The notes beneath the pieces are model-generated. The model was not told the origin of the DNA, made no database searches, and saw only the letters and a program-made list of their open reading frames with translations. From NCBI GenBank assembly GCA_016432445.1, contig CP066689.1, positions 540,001 through 572,000 on the forward strand: 32,000 bases of DNA, read 5' to 3'. Shown here in pieces: positions 1 to 8,645 of this stretch. Every line of letters starts with the position of its first letter. Positions within the stretch are counted from its first letter, which is position 1. A program made the translations under genes and the position numbers. The DNA comes from Candidatus Saccharimonadota bacterium. GTDB taxonomy: Bacteria > Patescibacteriota > Microgenomatia > UBA1406 > GWC2-37-13.

Positions 1-2
1 AT

Positions 3-1184
3 GATGTTGATGAGTTAATGAATTTGATAAGAGCACTTGGCGCAAAAGCCGCATTTAGTGAAAAAAATAAAGTAAAGATAGATTCATCAATAATGGATAA
101 AAATAAAGTAGATCTGCTTCATGCTTCAAAGATTCGAGTTTCCTTTATGTTATTTGCTCCTTTGCTTCATAGATTTAAGAAATGTTATGTGCCAAATCCA
201 GGCGGCTGTCGTATTGGAGCCAGGCCTATAGATAGAATTATTGAGGGTATGAAACAATTAGGAGTTAAAGTTAACTATAATTCAGGAACGGGTTTTTATA
301 AAGCAGAGATGAAGGAAGAAGGCATTAAAGGTGAATATACCTTTGGTAAGCCGTCACATACTGGTACAGAAATTTTAATTATGCTCTCAGCTTTAGGTAA
401 AAATAAGGTAATTCTTAATAATACAGCTTTAGAACCTGAGGTGGATGAGCTTATAAAATTTTTAAATGAGTCAGGGGCAGATATTAAGAAAGAAGGCAGC
501 AGGATTTTAATAAAAGGTGTATCCAAACTTGTTCAAAAAAAACCTTTTCAGATCATGTCTGATCGGAATGAAGCGGTAACATTTGCAGTATTGGCTGTAG
601 CCACAAAAGGAGAAGTGACAATTGAGAAGATTCCGATTTTTTTAATTGAAGAATTTATAAAATGCCTTAAAAAAGCAGGCGGTGGAGTAGAAATTTACAA
701 CAATCAAAAGGTTAGATTTTTTTACCATGAAAGTTTAAATTCTTTAAACATAGAGACATCACCTCACCCCGGTTTTATGACTGATTGGCAGCCAAACTGG
801 GCAGTGCTTATGACTCAAGCTAAGGGCGAGTCAATAATACATGAAAGAGTTTTTGAAAATAGATTTTCATATGTAAACGAATTAAAAAAATTAGGTGCTA
901 AAATTGAATTTATTCCTTTAGGTGTAGCTAATCCAAAAGACTTTTACAATTTTGACTATAACCCAGAGAAAATATATCAGCAGGCAATTAAGATCACAGG
1001 ACATACACCTCTTCATAATGCAGCGTTGCAGATCAAGGATTTAAGAGCCGGTGCCAGCTTAATAATTGCTGCACTGGTGGCAACCGGTGAATCAGTTGTT
1101 CAAGGCGCATCCATTGTTGAGCGTGGCTATGAAGACTTTGAAAAAAAGGTACAGCTTTTAGGAGGAAAAGTTAAAAAAATATAA
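3..1184 (+). CDS. murA: UDP-N-acetylglucosamine 1-carboxyvinyltransferase (MurA); 5' end lies outside the window
   Basis: Frame 3 is open from the window edge (DVDELMNLIRALGAK...), so the gene starts upstream. It has the MurA active-site loop NPGGCRIGARPID, with the Cys matching the fosfomycin-target Cys of E. coli MurA. It also has SPHPGFMTDWQ and a C-terminal ERGYEDFEKKVQLLGG. Confidence 0.9.
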   Translation, partial: DVDELMNLIRALGAKAAFSEKNKVKIDSSIMDKNKVDLLHASKIRVSFMLFAPLLHRFKKCYVPNPGGCRIGARPIDRIIEGMKQLGVKVNYNSGTGFYKAEMKEEGIKGEYTFGKPSHTGTEILIMLSALGKNKVILNNTALEPEVDELIKFLNESGADIKKEGSRILIKGVSKLVQKKPFQIMSDRNEAVTFAVLAVATKGEVTIEKIPIFLIEEFIKCLKKAGGGVEIYNNQKVRFFYHESLNSLNIETSPHPGFMTDWQPNWAVLMTQAKGESIIHERVFENRFSYVNELKKLGAKIEFIPLGVANPKDFYNFDYNPEKIYQQAIKITGHTPLHNAALQIKDLRAGASLIIAALVATGESVVQGASIVERGYEDFEKKVQLLGGKVKKI

Positions 1185-1199
1185 TTGATATAATAAGTT

Positions 1200-2486
1200 A
1201 TGGTGCAGATTGACAATATACTTTTGCTAGCTGGGGGGGATTCTACGAGATTTTGGCCTCTTAAAGAAAAAAACTTAATGAAATATTTGGGTAAAACACT
1301 TATCGTTCATCAAATTGATCAATTAGCTAAAAAGTCTGATCGTTTGATAATCGTGGCGGGAATTCACAATAAAGAAGCAATAGAAAAGATTGTTGAACAA
1401 CAGCCGGAAATTAGCGGTTGCGCAATTGAGATAATTCTTCAAAATGAAAAGTTAGAAGGTCAAGGAGGGGCAGTACTTTCGGCTAAAGGTAAAGTAAATG
1501 GAGATGTATTGATATGTAATACCAATGATATTTTTGATTATTCTTTTATAGATAAACTAGCAGAAACTAAAGAAAAAAAAGATTTTATTTTTTTAGCTAA
1601 AAAAGTAAATGAATATTTTCCCGGAGGCTATGTTGAGTTTGATGAAAACAATAAAATCAAAGGAATCATTGAAAAACCTGATCCTGAAAAAGTTCCTTCT
1701 GACATCACAAAACTTGTTGTTGATTATTTTGCTGATTTTGAAGAGCTTACAAGTGCATTAGAAAAAGTTACAACTGATAAAGATGACTGGTATGAACAGG
1801 CTTTATGCAAGATTATTGAAAAGACTAATAACTCAGATTATCTGCTTTATGACAGCTATTGGTACACTATTAAATATCCTTGGCATATACTTGATATGAA
1901 TAATTATTTTCTTTCTCAGATTAAGCAAACTTATATCGATAAAAGCTCATTAATATCAAAAAATGCAGTTCTTGAAGGAATGGTGCATATCGGAAAAAAT
2001 GTAAAAATAGGAGATTTTGCTAAGATTGTGGGACCTTGCTTTATAGGTGAGGGAACAGTTATTGGCGATTTTACAATGATCCGAGCCAGCCATATTGGAA
2101 GTCATTCTTTAATTGGAGGATATTCAGAAGTAACAAGATCTTACCTTGGAGAAAGAGTAATGCTGCACCGCAATTATGTGGGTGACTCAGTATTGGCAGA
2201 TGATGTTCTGATGGGAGCTGGTGCCGTTACTGCCAATTACCGCTTTGATGAAAAAATGATAAATTCAATGAGTAAGGACAGGTCTAGACCTGTCCCTACA
2301 AATAGGCAAAAATTGGGAGCAATAATAGGAAAAAAGACAAAAATAGGAGTTAATAATTCGATTTATCCGGGAATAAAAATCGGAAGTTTTTGTTTAGTTG
2401 CTCCTCAAGGTTTAGTAGATAGTGATGTTGAGGATAATGTTTATTTAATTAAAGGAGTTAAGAAAAGGAATGAACTGAATCGATAA
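1200..2486 (+). CDS. Sugar-phosphate nucleotidyltransferase with a C-terminal left-handed beta-helix (GlmU-like architecture)
   Basis: The N-terminus has the NTP-transferase G-loop LLLAGGDSTRFWPL. The C-terminus has hexapeptide repeats (IGKNVKIGDFAKIVGPCFIGEGTVIGDF...IGKKTKIGVNNSI). TATAAT at 1189-1194 lies 5 nt before the ATG. The CDS contains palindrome P1. Confidence 0.8.
   Translation: MVQIDNILLLAGGDSTRFWPLKEKNLMKYLGKTLIVHQIDQLAKKSDRLIIVAGIHNKEAIEKIVEQQPEISGCAIEIILQNEKLEGQGGAVLSAKGKVNGDVLICNTNDIFDYSFIDKLAETKEKKDFIFLAKKVNEYFPGGYVEFDENNKIKGIIEKPDPEKVPSDITKLVVDYFADFEELTSALEKVTTDKDDWYEQALCKIIEKTNNSDYLLYDSYWYTIKYPWHILDMNNYFLSQIKQTYIDKSSLISKNAVLEGMVHIGKNVKIGDFAKIVGPCFIGEGTVIGDFTMIRASHIGSHSLIGGYSEVTRSYLGERVMLHRNYVGDSVLADDVLMGAGAVTANYRFDEKMINSMSKDRSRPVPTNRQKLGAIIGKKTKIGVNNSIYPGIKIGSFCLVAPQGLVDSDVEDNVYLIKGVKKRNELNR
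2272..2300 (+). repeat. GC-rich hairpin palindrome P1 (GTAR...YTACA family)
   Basis: GTAAGGACAGGTCTAGACCTGTCCCTACA. Positions 2276-2295 form a perfect 20-bp palindrome. It lies in frame within the nucleotidyltransferase CDS and encodes KDRSRPVPT. Confidence 0.85.
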
Positions 2487-2497
2487 TTTATTAGCTA

Positions 2498-3508
2498 TTG
2501 TCATGGAATTATAGTATGGAGCAGTCTTTTAAAAAAATTACAGTTCTAGGTGGAGGAACAGGAACATTTGTTGTTCTTTCGGGATTGAAAAAATATCCAA
2601 TAGATCTGGCGGCAATTGTGACCATGATGGATTCAGGAGGATCAACAGGCAGATTAAGAGATCAGCTTGAGGTTCTTCCGCCAGGAGATTTAAGGCAATG
2701 TCTGGTTGCGCTTTCTGAGGCGCCTGCGCTATGGAGAAAATTATTTTTATACCGCTTTGAAAACGGAGATTTGCAAGGACATAATTTCGGCAATATTTTT
2801 TTATCGGCCTTAGAAAAAGTTTCAGATAATTATGATGAGGTTATTGAAATGGCCAGTTATGTTTTGAAAACAAAAGGACAGGTATTTCCGGTAACTTACA
2901 ATAAAACAAATTTATGTGCTGAGTATGAAAGCGGAGCTGTAATTAAAGGAGAGGGTAACATCGATGAAGATAACAAAGAAAAAAGCAGAATTAAACGGGC
3001 GTTTTTGGAACCAGACGTTGAGCCCTGTGAACAGTCAGTTAAAAGGTTGCAGGAATCAGATGTTATCATCATTTCACCTGGTGATCTTTACACCAGTATA
3101 ATTCCTATTCTTCTGGTTAAAGGAATTAAAGAGACAATTCAGCAAAGCAAAGCCAAAATAATTTATATTCTTAACCTTATGACTAAATCTGGTCAAACGA
3201 CAGGTTATACGGCTTTAGATCATATTTATGATCTGACCTATTATTTAGGAAAAACTCCTGATACTGTAATAGTTAATAATGGAGAAATTCCTCAGAATAT
3301 ATTACAATGGTATCAGTCTCATAACGAGCGTTTGGTGAAAAACGATTTATTTAAGAGCGGCTTTAAAGGGAATATCATTGAAGAGGATGTCGTTGACAGC
3401 AGTAAATATATTGAATCTAAAGCTGATGTATTAACTAGAAGTATTCTAAGACACAGCATTGAAAAATTGACCTTAAAGTTATTTGATCTGATTCAGAAAT
3501 ATGCTTAA
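2498..3508 (+). CDS. yvcK: YvcK/CofD-family (UPF0052) protein
   Basis: Signatures VLGGGTGTFVVLSGLK, MMDSGGSTGRLRD and ISPGDLYTSIIP. The TTG start at 2498 comes from the ORF track; ATG at 2516 (MEQSFKK...) is an equally plausible start. Confidence 0.78.
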   Translation: MSWNYSMEQSFKKITVLGGGTGTFVVLSGLKKYPIDLAAIVTMMDSGGSTGRLRDQLEVLPPGDLRQCLVALSEAPALWRKLFLYRFENGDLQGHNFGNIFLSALEKVSDNYDEVIEMASYVLKTKGQVFPVTYNKTNLCAEYESGAVIKGEGNIDEDNKEKSRIKRAFLEPDVEPCEQSVKRLQESDVIIISPGDLYTSIIPILLVKGIKETIQQSKAKIIYILNLMTKSGQTTGYTALDHIYDLTYYLGKTPDTVIVNNGEIPQNILQWYQSHNERLVKNDLFKSGFKGNIIEEDVVDSSKYIESKADVLTRSILRHSIEKLTLKLFDLIQKYA

Positions 3509-3866
3509 AAAACATACAATTTCTTTTAAAAATGCCTTTGCGGGTGTATTTTGGGCACTAAAGACTCAGCCGAATTACAAAGTACATTTATTTTTTTCAT
3601 TTTTGGCATTGATTGGCGCATGGTTTTTAAAGGTATCTTATGTAGAATTTTTAATAATAGTTCTTCTTATTACTGCGGGTTTGACAATAGAAACGATCAA
3701 TACAGCTATAGAGGTAACGACTGATGCAATTGAAAAAAAATGGAATGAAGATATTAAAGTAGCCAAAGATACAGGTGCAGCATCAATGCTTTTTTTTGCA
3801 GCTGGAGCTTTTTTAATAGCCTGCATAATCTTCATTCCGAAATTAATATTACTGTTTAGCAAATAA
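3501..3866 (+). CDS. dgkA: Diacylglycerol/undecaprenol kinase (DgkA family)
   Basis: A 121-aa three-TM protein. Prokaryotic DAGK-type motifs are FKNAFAGVFWALKTQPN, TIETINTAIE and KVAKDTGAA. It overlaps the upstream ORF by 8 nt. Confidence 0.8.
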   Translation: MLKKHTISFKNAFAGVFWALKTQPNYKVHLFFSFLALIGAWFLKVSYVEFLIIVLLITAGLTIETINTAIEVTTDAIEKKWNEDIKVAKDTGAASMLFFAAGAFLIACIIFIPKLILLFSK

Positions 3867-3870
3867 ATTA

Positions 3871-4908
3871 ATGGCCATATATTTTTTTGCCACTTTAGTA
3901 TCCTTTATTCTTAATTTCATCCTTATCATTCCTTTTATCAATTTTTTATATAAAATTAAGTTTCAAAGGATTATCCAGAAAACAAAAGATGCCTTTAATA
4001 AACCTACTCCGATATTCGATAAGTTTCATAAACATAAGACCGGTACGCCAGTAGGAGGAGGCATACTTATTGTAATTACTACGATTGTACTTTTTTCTTT
4101 ATTTTTATTTCTTTTTTTGCTTTTTAATAGGAATATTCAAACAAATTTTCCATCTGTTATTGCCGAAATTAAGATTATTATTTTTGCTTTTGTAAGTTTT
4201 GCTATATTGGGAGTTTATGATGATCTGAAGAAGATGCTTCTTTGGAAAAAAGAACAGTTTTTTGGTTTAAGATTAAGGCATAAATTAATTATTGAAATAA
4301 TCCTGGCTTCTATAATCTCAGTATGGTTATTTTATGATTTGAAAATTGACATTATTCACATACCGTTTTTCGGCGTTTATGAGCTTTCTTATTTTTATAT
4401 TATTTTTTCTACTTTTGTTATAGTAGCATTTGCTAATGCTGTAAATATTACGGATGGACTCGATGGATTGGCTAGTGGGATTTTAATGATCAGTCTGGCC
4501 AGTTTCTGGGTTATTTCGCGCGCAATTATTGATGTGCCGTCATCAATTTTTATTGGAGTTTGGATAGGAGGGCTTATCGCATTCTTATATTTCAATATTT
4601 ACCCTGCCAGAATCTTTTTAGGAGATACAGGTGCTTTATCATTTGGAGCCACTTTTGCAGTTATTGGTCTTATCTTAGGAAAGGCTTTTGCCTTACCTAT
4701 CATCGGAGGCATTTTTTTTATTGAGATATTATCATCCTTAGTACAGCTTTTGGGTAAAAAATTCCTTAAACGTAAATTGTTGCCAGTGGCTCCGCTTCAT
4801 CTCTGGTTTCAAACAAGAGGATGGGAGGAACCAAAGATCGTCATGCGCTTCTGGCTTTTTGGCATTGTTTTCGCCTTCGTCGGTCTCATGATCGCGTTTA
4901 TGAAGTAA
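3871..4908 (+). CDS. mraY: Phospho-N-acetylmuramoyl-pentapeptide transferase (MraY)
   Basis: A polytopic membrane protein with NAVNITDGLDGLASG, VYDDLKK and LGDTGALSFG motifs. Confidence 0.92.
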   Translation: MAIYFFATLVSFILNFILIIPFINFLYKIKFQRIIQKTKDAFNKPTPIFDKFHKHKTGTPVGGGILIVITTIVLFSLFLFLFLLFNRNIQTNFPSVIAEIKIIIFAFVSFAILGVYDDLKKMLLWKKEQFFGLRLRHKLIIEIILASIISVWLFYDLKIDIIHIPFFGVYELSYFYIIFSTFVIVAFANAVNITDGLDGLASGILMISLASFWVISRAIIDVPSSIFIGVWIGGLIAFLYFNIYPARIFLGDTGALSFGATFAVIGLILGKAFALPIIGGIFFIEILSSLVQLLGKKFLKRKLLPVAPLHLWFQTRGWEEPKIVMRFWLFGIVFAFVGLMIAFMK

Positions 4909-4944
4909 TCTAATATCCTTGAAAAATAAGCTATAATTTAATGT

Positions 4945-6288
4945 ATGGAGGAACAGGATAATTATTTTGAGTTTAGTTCTTATGAACTGAGTTATGACCG
5001 TCAAATAATAAAATTTCATTATAAACTCGGTATTAAAGACAAAGAGCCGTTAGAGTTTATAGAAACTATTACTCTTCCTGTACCTATTGCTGATTCTATT
5101 CCCAAAGTACTTATAAATTCTTTACTGCAAAATCTTCACTTAATGCTTGGAATAAGTTACTGGAAAATATTTTGTCAGAAAAACATTAGGATTAGTTCTT
5201 ATTCTCTCACAAAAGAACAGGCGGAGTTTTGGAATACTGTTTATACCAAAGGGTTAGGTGAATTTTTTTATAGAAACGAGATTAATTTTAAAGGACTAGT
5301 AAATTTTCCTTATAGTGAAAATGCTAATGCCGTTTCAATTAATTTTGAAAGACAAAATCGTTCTTTAGTAGGTTTAGGAGGCGGTAAGGATTCATTAGTT
5401 ACAATAGAACTTTTAAAAGAAAAATACAAACGGATAACCGCTTTTATTTTAGAAACTCAAAGACCATATCCTTTAATTCAAGGATTAATAAACAATATCG
5501 GCATTGATTCTTTAACAATAAAAAGACAGCTTGATCCTCAGCTTTTTGAAGCTAATAAAATGGGTGGGGCTTACAACGGTCACGTTCCTATCTCAGCAAT
5601 TTACGCTTTTGTCGGACTACTGGCTGCAGTTGTTTACGATTACCGCTATGTCATCGTCTCTAATGAAAAAAGCGCCAACATAGGCAATGTTGAATATTTT
5701 GGGCAAATAATTAATCATCAGTGGAGCAAATCGGAAGAATTTGAGAGGCTTTTTCAAAATTATACAAAACAGTTTGTTACTCCTAACGTTTATTATTTTT
5801 CATTAATCAGGCCATTATCAGAGATGAAAGTTACAGAAATATTTTCAAAGTATGATAAATATTTTAAAATATTTTCAAGCTGTAATAATAATTTTAGGGT
5901 AGGGATAACCCTAGGGTTGTCTGTACATCAAAAATGGTGCGGCAGCTGTCCTAAATGCGCTTTTGTTTTTTCAATGATGGCAGCATTTTTACCTAAAACT
6001 AAACTAGTTGAGATATTTGGGAGAAATCTTTTTGCCGATCAATCTCTTATGAACATGTACAAAGATCTTTTGGGTATTGGCGATATTAAACCTTTTGAGT
6101 GTGTGGGTACATTTGAGGAATCAAAAGCCGCCTTTTACAAAGCATATTTAAATAAAGAGTATGAAAAAGATGCAGTTATGCAGATGTTTGAGAAAGAAGT
6201 TCTGCCCAATATTAACAATCCTGATGAACTGATAAAAAAGGTTTTATCGACCGGGAATTCATCAATGATACCTGAGGAGTTTAAATAA
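4945..6288 (+). CDS. PP-loop (adenine-nucleotide alpha-hydrolase-like) protein; candidate MurL-type UDP-MurNAc-L-Ala-L-Glu epimerase
   Basis: It has an SGGKDS-type PP-loop, VGLGGGKDSLVTIELLK, about 140 aa from the N-terminus, and a C-terminal cysteine cluster, WCGSCPKCAF. It sits between mraY and murD and ends 1 nt before the murD start. TATAAT at 4932-4937 lies 7 nt before the ATG. It contains palindrome P2. The product name is an inference from context. Confidence 0.55.
   Translation: MEEQDNYFEFSSYELSYDRQIIKFHYKLGIKDKEPLEFIETITLPVPIADSIPKVLINSLLQNLHLMLGISYWKIFCQKNIRISSYSLTKEQAEFWNTVYTKGLGEFFYRNEINFKGLVNFPYSENANAVSINFERQNRSLVGLGGGKDSLVTIELLKEKYKRITAFILETQRPYPLIQGLINNIGIDSLTIKRQLDPQLFEANKMGGAYNGHVPISAIYAFVGLLAAVVYDYRYVIVSNEKSANIGNVEYFGQIINHQWSKSEEFERLFQNYTKQFVTPNVYYFSLIRPLSEMKVTEIFSKYDKYFKIFSSCNNNFRVGITLGLSVHQKWCGSCPKCAFVFSMMAAFLPKTKLVEIFGRNLFADQSLMNMYKDLLGIGDIKPFECVGTFEESKAAFYKAYLNKEYEKDAVMQMFEKEVLPNINNPDELIKKVLSTGNSSMIPEEFK
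5899..5927 (+). repeat. GC-rich hairpin palindrome P2
   Basis: GTAGGGATAACCCTAGGGTTGTCTGTACA. It shares the 15-mer AACCCTAGGGTTGTC with P3. Both stem imperfections are G-T/T-G wobbles on the plus strand. It lies inside the PP-loop CDS and encodes VGITLGLSV. Confidence 0.8.
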
Positions 6289-6289
6289 T

Positions 6290-7516
6290 ATGAAACTTGA
6301 TGAGCTAAAAAATAAAAAAATACTGATTCTGGGATATGGGAAGGAAGGAAAATCGACCGAGAGATTTTTGAAAGAAAAAATCCCAGATCTTAAAGTTGAT
6401 GCTACGGATAAAACTATTGATCCGGATTATTTATCAAAACAGAAAGATTATGATTTGGTAATCAAAACTCCGGGGATACCTAAGCATTTAGTAACAGTTC
6501 CCTATACTACAGCTACCAATATTTTTTTTGCTAATACTAACAATCTAATTATTGGAGTGACAGGAACAAAGGGTAAAAGCACGACAGCCAGTTTGATTTA
6601 TTCAATACTGAAGCAAGCTGGGGAAAATGTCCGTTTGGTAGGCAATATTGGTAATCCAATGCTTGATGAGCTAGGTAAAGGTGTCAACCCGGAAGAGATT
6701 TTTGTCATAGAGTTATCCAGCTATCAGCTTGATGATATTCATTACTCTCCTCACATTGCTGTTATTGTGAGCTTGTTTCCTGATCATATGAATTATCATG
6801 GAAATATTGAAAATTATTATGAAGCTAAACACAATCTTATTCGCTTTGTCAAAGAAAATGACTATTTTGTTTACAATGATCAAAATCAAATTTTGTCTTT
6901 ATGGGCAAAGCAAGCAGTTTGCAAAACTATTCCGTTTGACATAGATATTCCTGTTGCTGAGCAACAACTGCCGCTTATTGGCGAACACAATAAAAAAAAT
7001 ATTCAAGCGGCCATTACTATTGCCAGAATTCTAAATATAAAAGATGAGATAATAGCGACCGCTATAAAAAGTTTTAAACCTTTGCCTCACCGTTTGCAGA
7101 ATGTTGGTACTTTCCGGGGCATCACTTTCTATGATGACGCTATTTCTACTACTCCTGAATCAACAATAGCCGCTATAAATAGTTTTGAGAAAATAGGAAC
7201 AATCTTTTTGGGTGGAGAAGATAGAGGATATGATTTTTCAAAATTAATCGAGTTGTTAATAAAAAGAAAAATTTCGAATATTGTACTTTTTCCAGACAGC
7301 AGAAAAAGAATATTAGAATCTTTGAGAGTACATGCGGAAACATTGCCAAATATACTGCAGACAGAAAATATGGAAGAAGCTGTAAGATTTGCTTATGAAA
7401 ATACTCCAGTAGGCACGATTTGTTTACTTTCTACTGCATCGCCAAGCTATAGTTTGTGGAAAGATTTTCAGGAAAAAGGTGATCTTTTCCAATCCTACGT
7501 CAAACAAGTTGCCTAA
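6290..7516 (+). CDS. murD: UDP-N-acetylmuramoyl-L-alanine--glutamate ligase (MurD family)
   Basis: The N-terminal Rossmann segment is KILILGYGKEGKS and the Mur-ligase P-loop is GVTGTKGKSTT. HRLQ is followed by the FYDDAISTTPEST region. An SD-like GAGGAG lies about 10 nt upstream. Confidence 0.88.
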   Translation: MKLDELKNKKILILGYGKEGKSTERFLKEKIPDLKVDATDKTIDPDYLSKQKDYDLVIKTPGIPKHLVTVPYTTATNIFFANTNNLIIGVTGTKGKSTTASLIYSILKQAGENVRLVGNIGNPMLDELGKGVNPEEIFVIELSSYQLDDIHYSPHIAVIVSLFPDHMNYHGNIENYYEAKHNLIRFVKENDYFVYNDQNQILSLWAKQAVCKTIPFDIDIPVAEQQLPLIGEHNKKNIQAAITIARILNIKDEIIATAIKSFKPLPHRLQNVGTFRGITFYDDAISTTPESTIAAINSFEKIGTIFLGGEDRGYDFSKLIELLIKRKISNIVLFPDSRKRILESLRVHAETLPNILQTENMEEAVRFAYENTPVGTICLLSTASPSYSLWKDFQEKGDLFQSYVKQVA

Positions 7517-7523
7517 ATAAAGA

Positions 7524-8618
7524 ATGATAAAAAAAAGAGCACCCGTTAAAAAAAATTTGAGTATATGGTTATTTTTTTTGCCAATTATACTTTCGCTCGT
7601 CGGATTATTTTTTGTTTTTGAGGCTTCATCAGTACGAAGTTTTACTGAATATAATGATAGCTTTCATTATCTGAAGCTTCAGGGTATGTGGATTTTAGTG
7701 GGAATATCAGCAATGATCTTCTTTTCGCTATTTGATTATCACAAGCTTTACTATATTTCTTTTTTCTTAATGGTGGGGACAATATTAATGCTTCTTTTAG
7801 TTTTAATACCTGGTATTGGTTACAAAGCTGGAGGAGCCCAGCGGTGGATCGATTTGGGAATTATAAACTTTCAGCCGACAGAGTTTGCCAAGCTTTCAAC
7901 AATTTTATACTTAGCTTCATGGTTTATCCACAGGGAAAGAAAACGTTTTTTCTCATTTTTGATACTTTTGAGCGTTTTAATGCTTCTGATAATGGCCCAA
8001 CCTGATATGGGGACAGCTATTATAATTTTCCTTCTAGGTATTCTTATTTATTATTTGGCCGGATTTGAGTTATATTTTTTATTAGCTCTAGTACCATTAT
8101 CGGCTGCAGCTTTTTATATTTTAGTTCAGATTTCTCCTTACCGCTTCAAGAGGCTTTTGGCTTTTTTTAACCCCAGTCTCGATCCTTTAGGAATAACTTA
8201 CCATATAAATCAAATATTAATTTCTCTGTCAAACGGCGGCATTTTTGGGCAGGGATTTGGAGCTTCACGTCAAAAATATATGTTTTTGCCTGAAGCTCAT
8301 ACTGACTCAATTTTCGCCATTATTGGAGAAGAGGGTGGATTCATTGGTAATGTTTTACTTATCGGAGCTTTAGTTTTATTGATTTATTTTCTATATAGAG
8401 TAAGCATAATGGGAAGCGACCGTTTCGGTAAACTTTTGGCCGGAGGTATTTTTGCTTTTTTTAGCTTGCAGATTATGATTAATCTTGGAGCAATGGTAAA
8501 TCTTATTCCTTTAACCGGGGTTCCTCTCCCTTTCTTTTCTTACGGGGGTTCTAACCTTCTTGTTTCTTTTGTTCTTCTTGGTATTGCCATCAACATTGCC
8601 AAACAGAGTCGCGCTTAG
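7524..8618 (+). CDS. ftsW: SEDS-family peptidoglycan glycosyltransferase FtsW
   Basis: SEDS motifs QPTEFAKL, AQPDMGTA, PEAHTDSIFAIIGEEGGFIG and GVPLPFFSYGGSN. It lies between murD and murG. Confidence 0.88.
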   Translation: MIKKRAPVKKNLSIWLFFLPIILSLVGLFFVFEASSVRSFTEYNDSFHYLKLQGMWILVGISAMIFFSLFDYHKLYYISFFLMVGTILMLLLVLIPGIGYKAGGAQRWIDLGIINFQPTEFAKLSTILYLASWFIHRERKRFFSFLILLSVLMLLIMAQPDMGTAIIIFLLGILIYYLAGFELYFLLALVPLSAAAFYILVQISPYRFKRLLAFFNPSLDPLGITYHINQILISLSNGGIFGQGFGASRQKYMFLPEAHTDSIFAIIGEEGGFIGNVLLIGALVLLIYFLYRVSIMGSDRFGKLLAGGIFAFFSLQIMINLGAMVNLIPLTGVPLPFFSYGGSNLLVSFVLLGIAINIAKQSRA

Positions 8619-8645
8619 AAGGTTCAAATCTGGTAAAATATCATT

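Noticed and set aside
296-526. Short antisense ORFs inside well-supported genes. Examples are 296-526, 3638-3862, 4395-4595, 4738-5019, 8624-8818, 11322-11930, 11927-12538, 12839-13117, 14334-14958, 15360-15617, 16497-16692, 17090-17329, 18573-18818, 20033-20317, 20870-21088, 23366-23560, 27656-27856, 28441-28836, 30919-31122 and 31476-31700.
   Set aside because: Each lies within or antisense to a longer ORF that has clear family motifs. None has initiation signals or recognisable domains.
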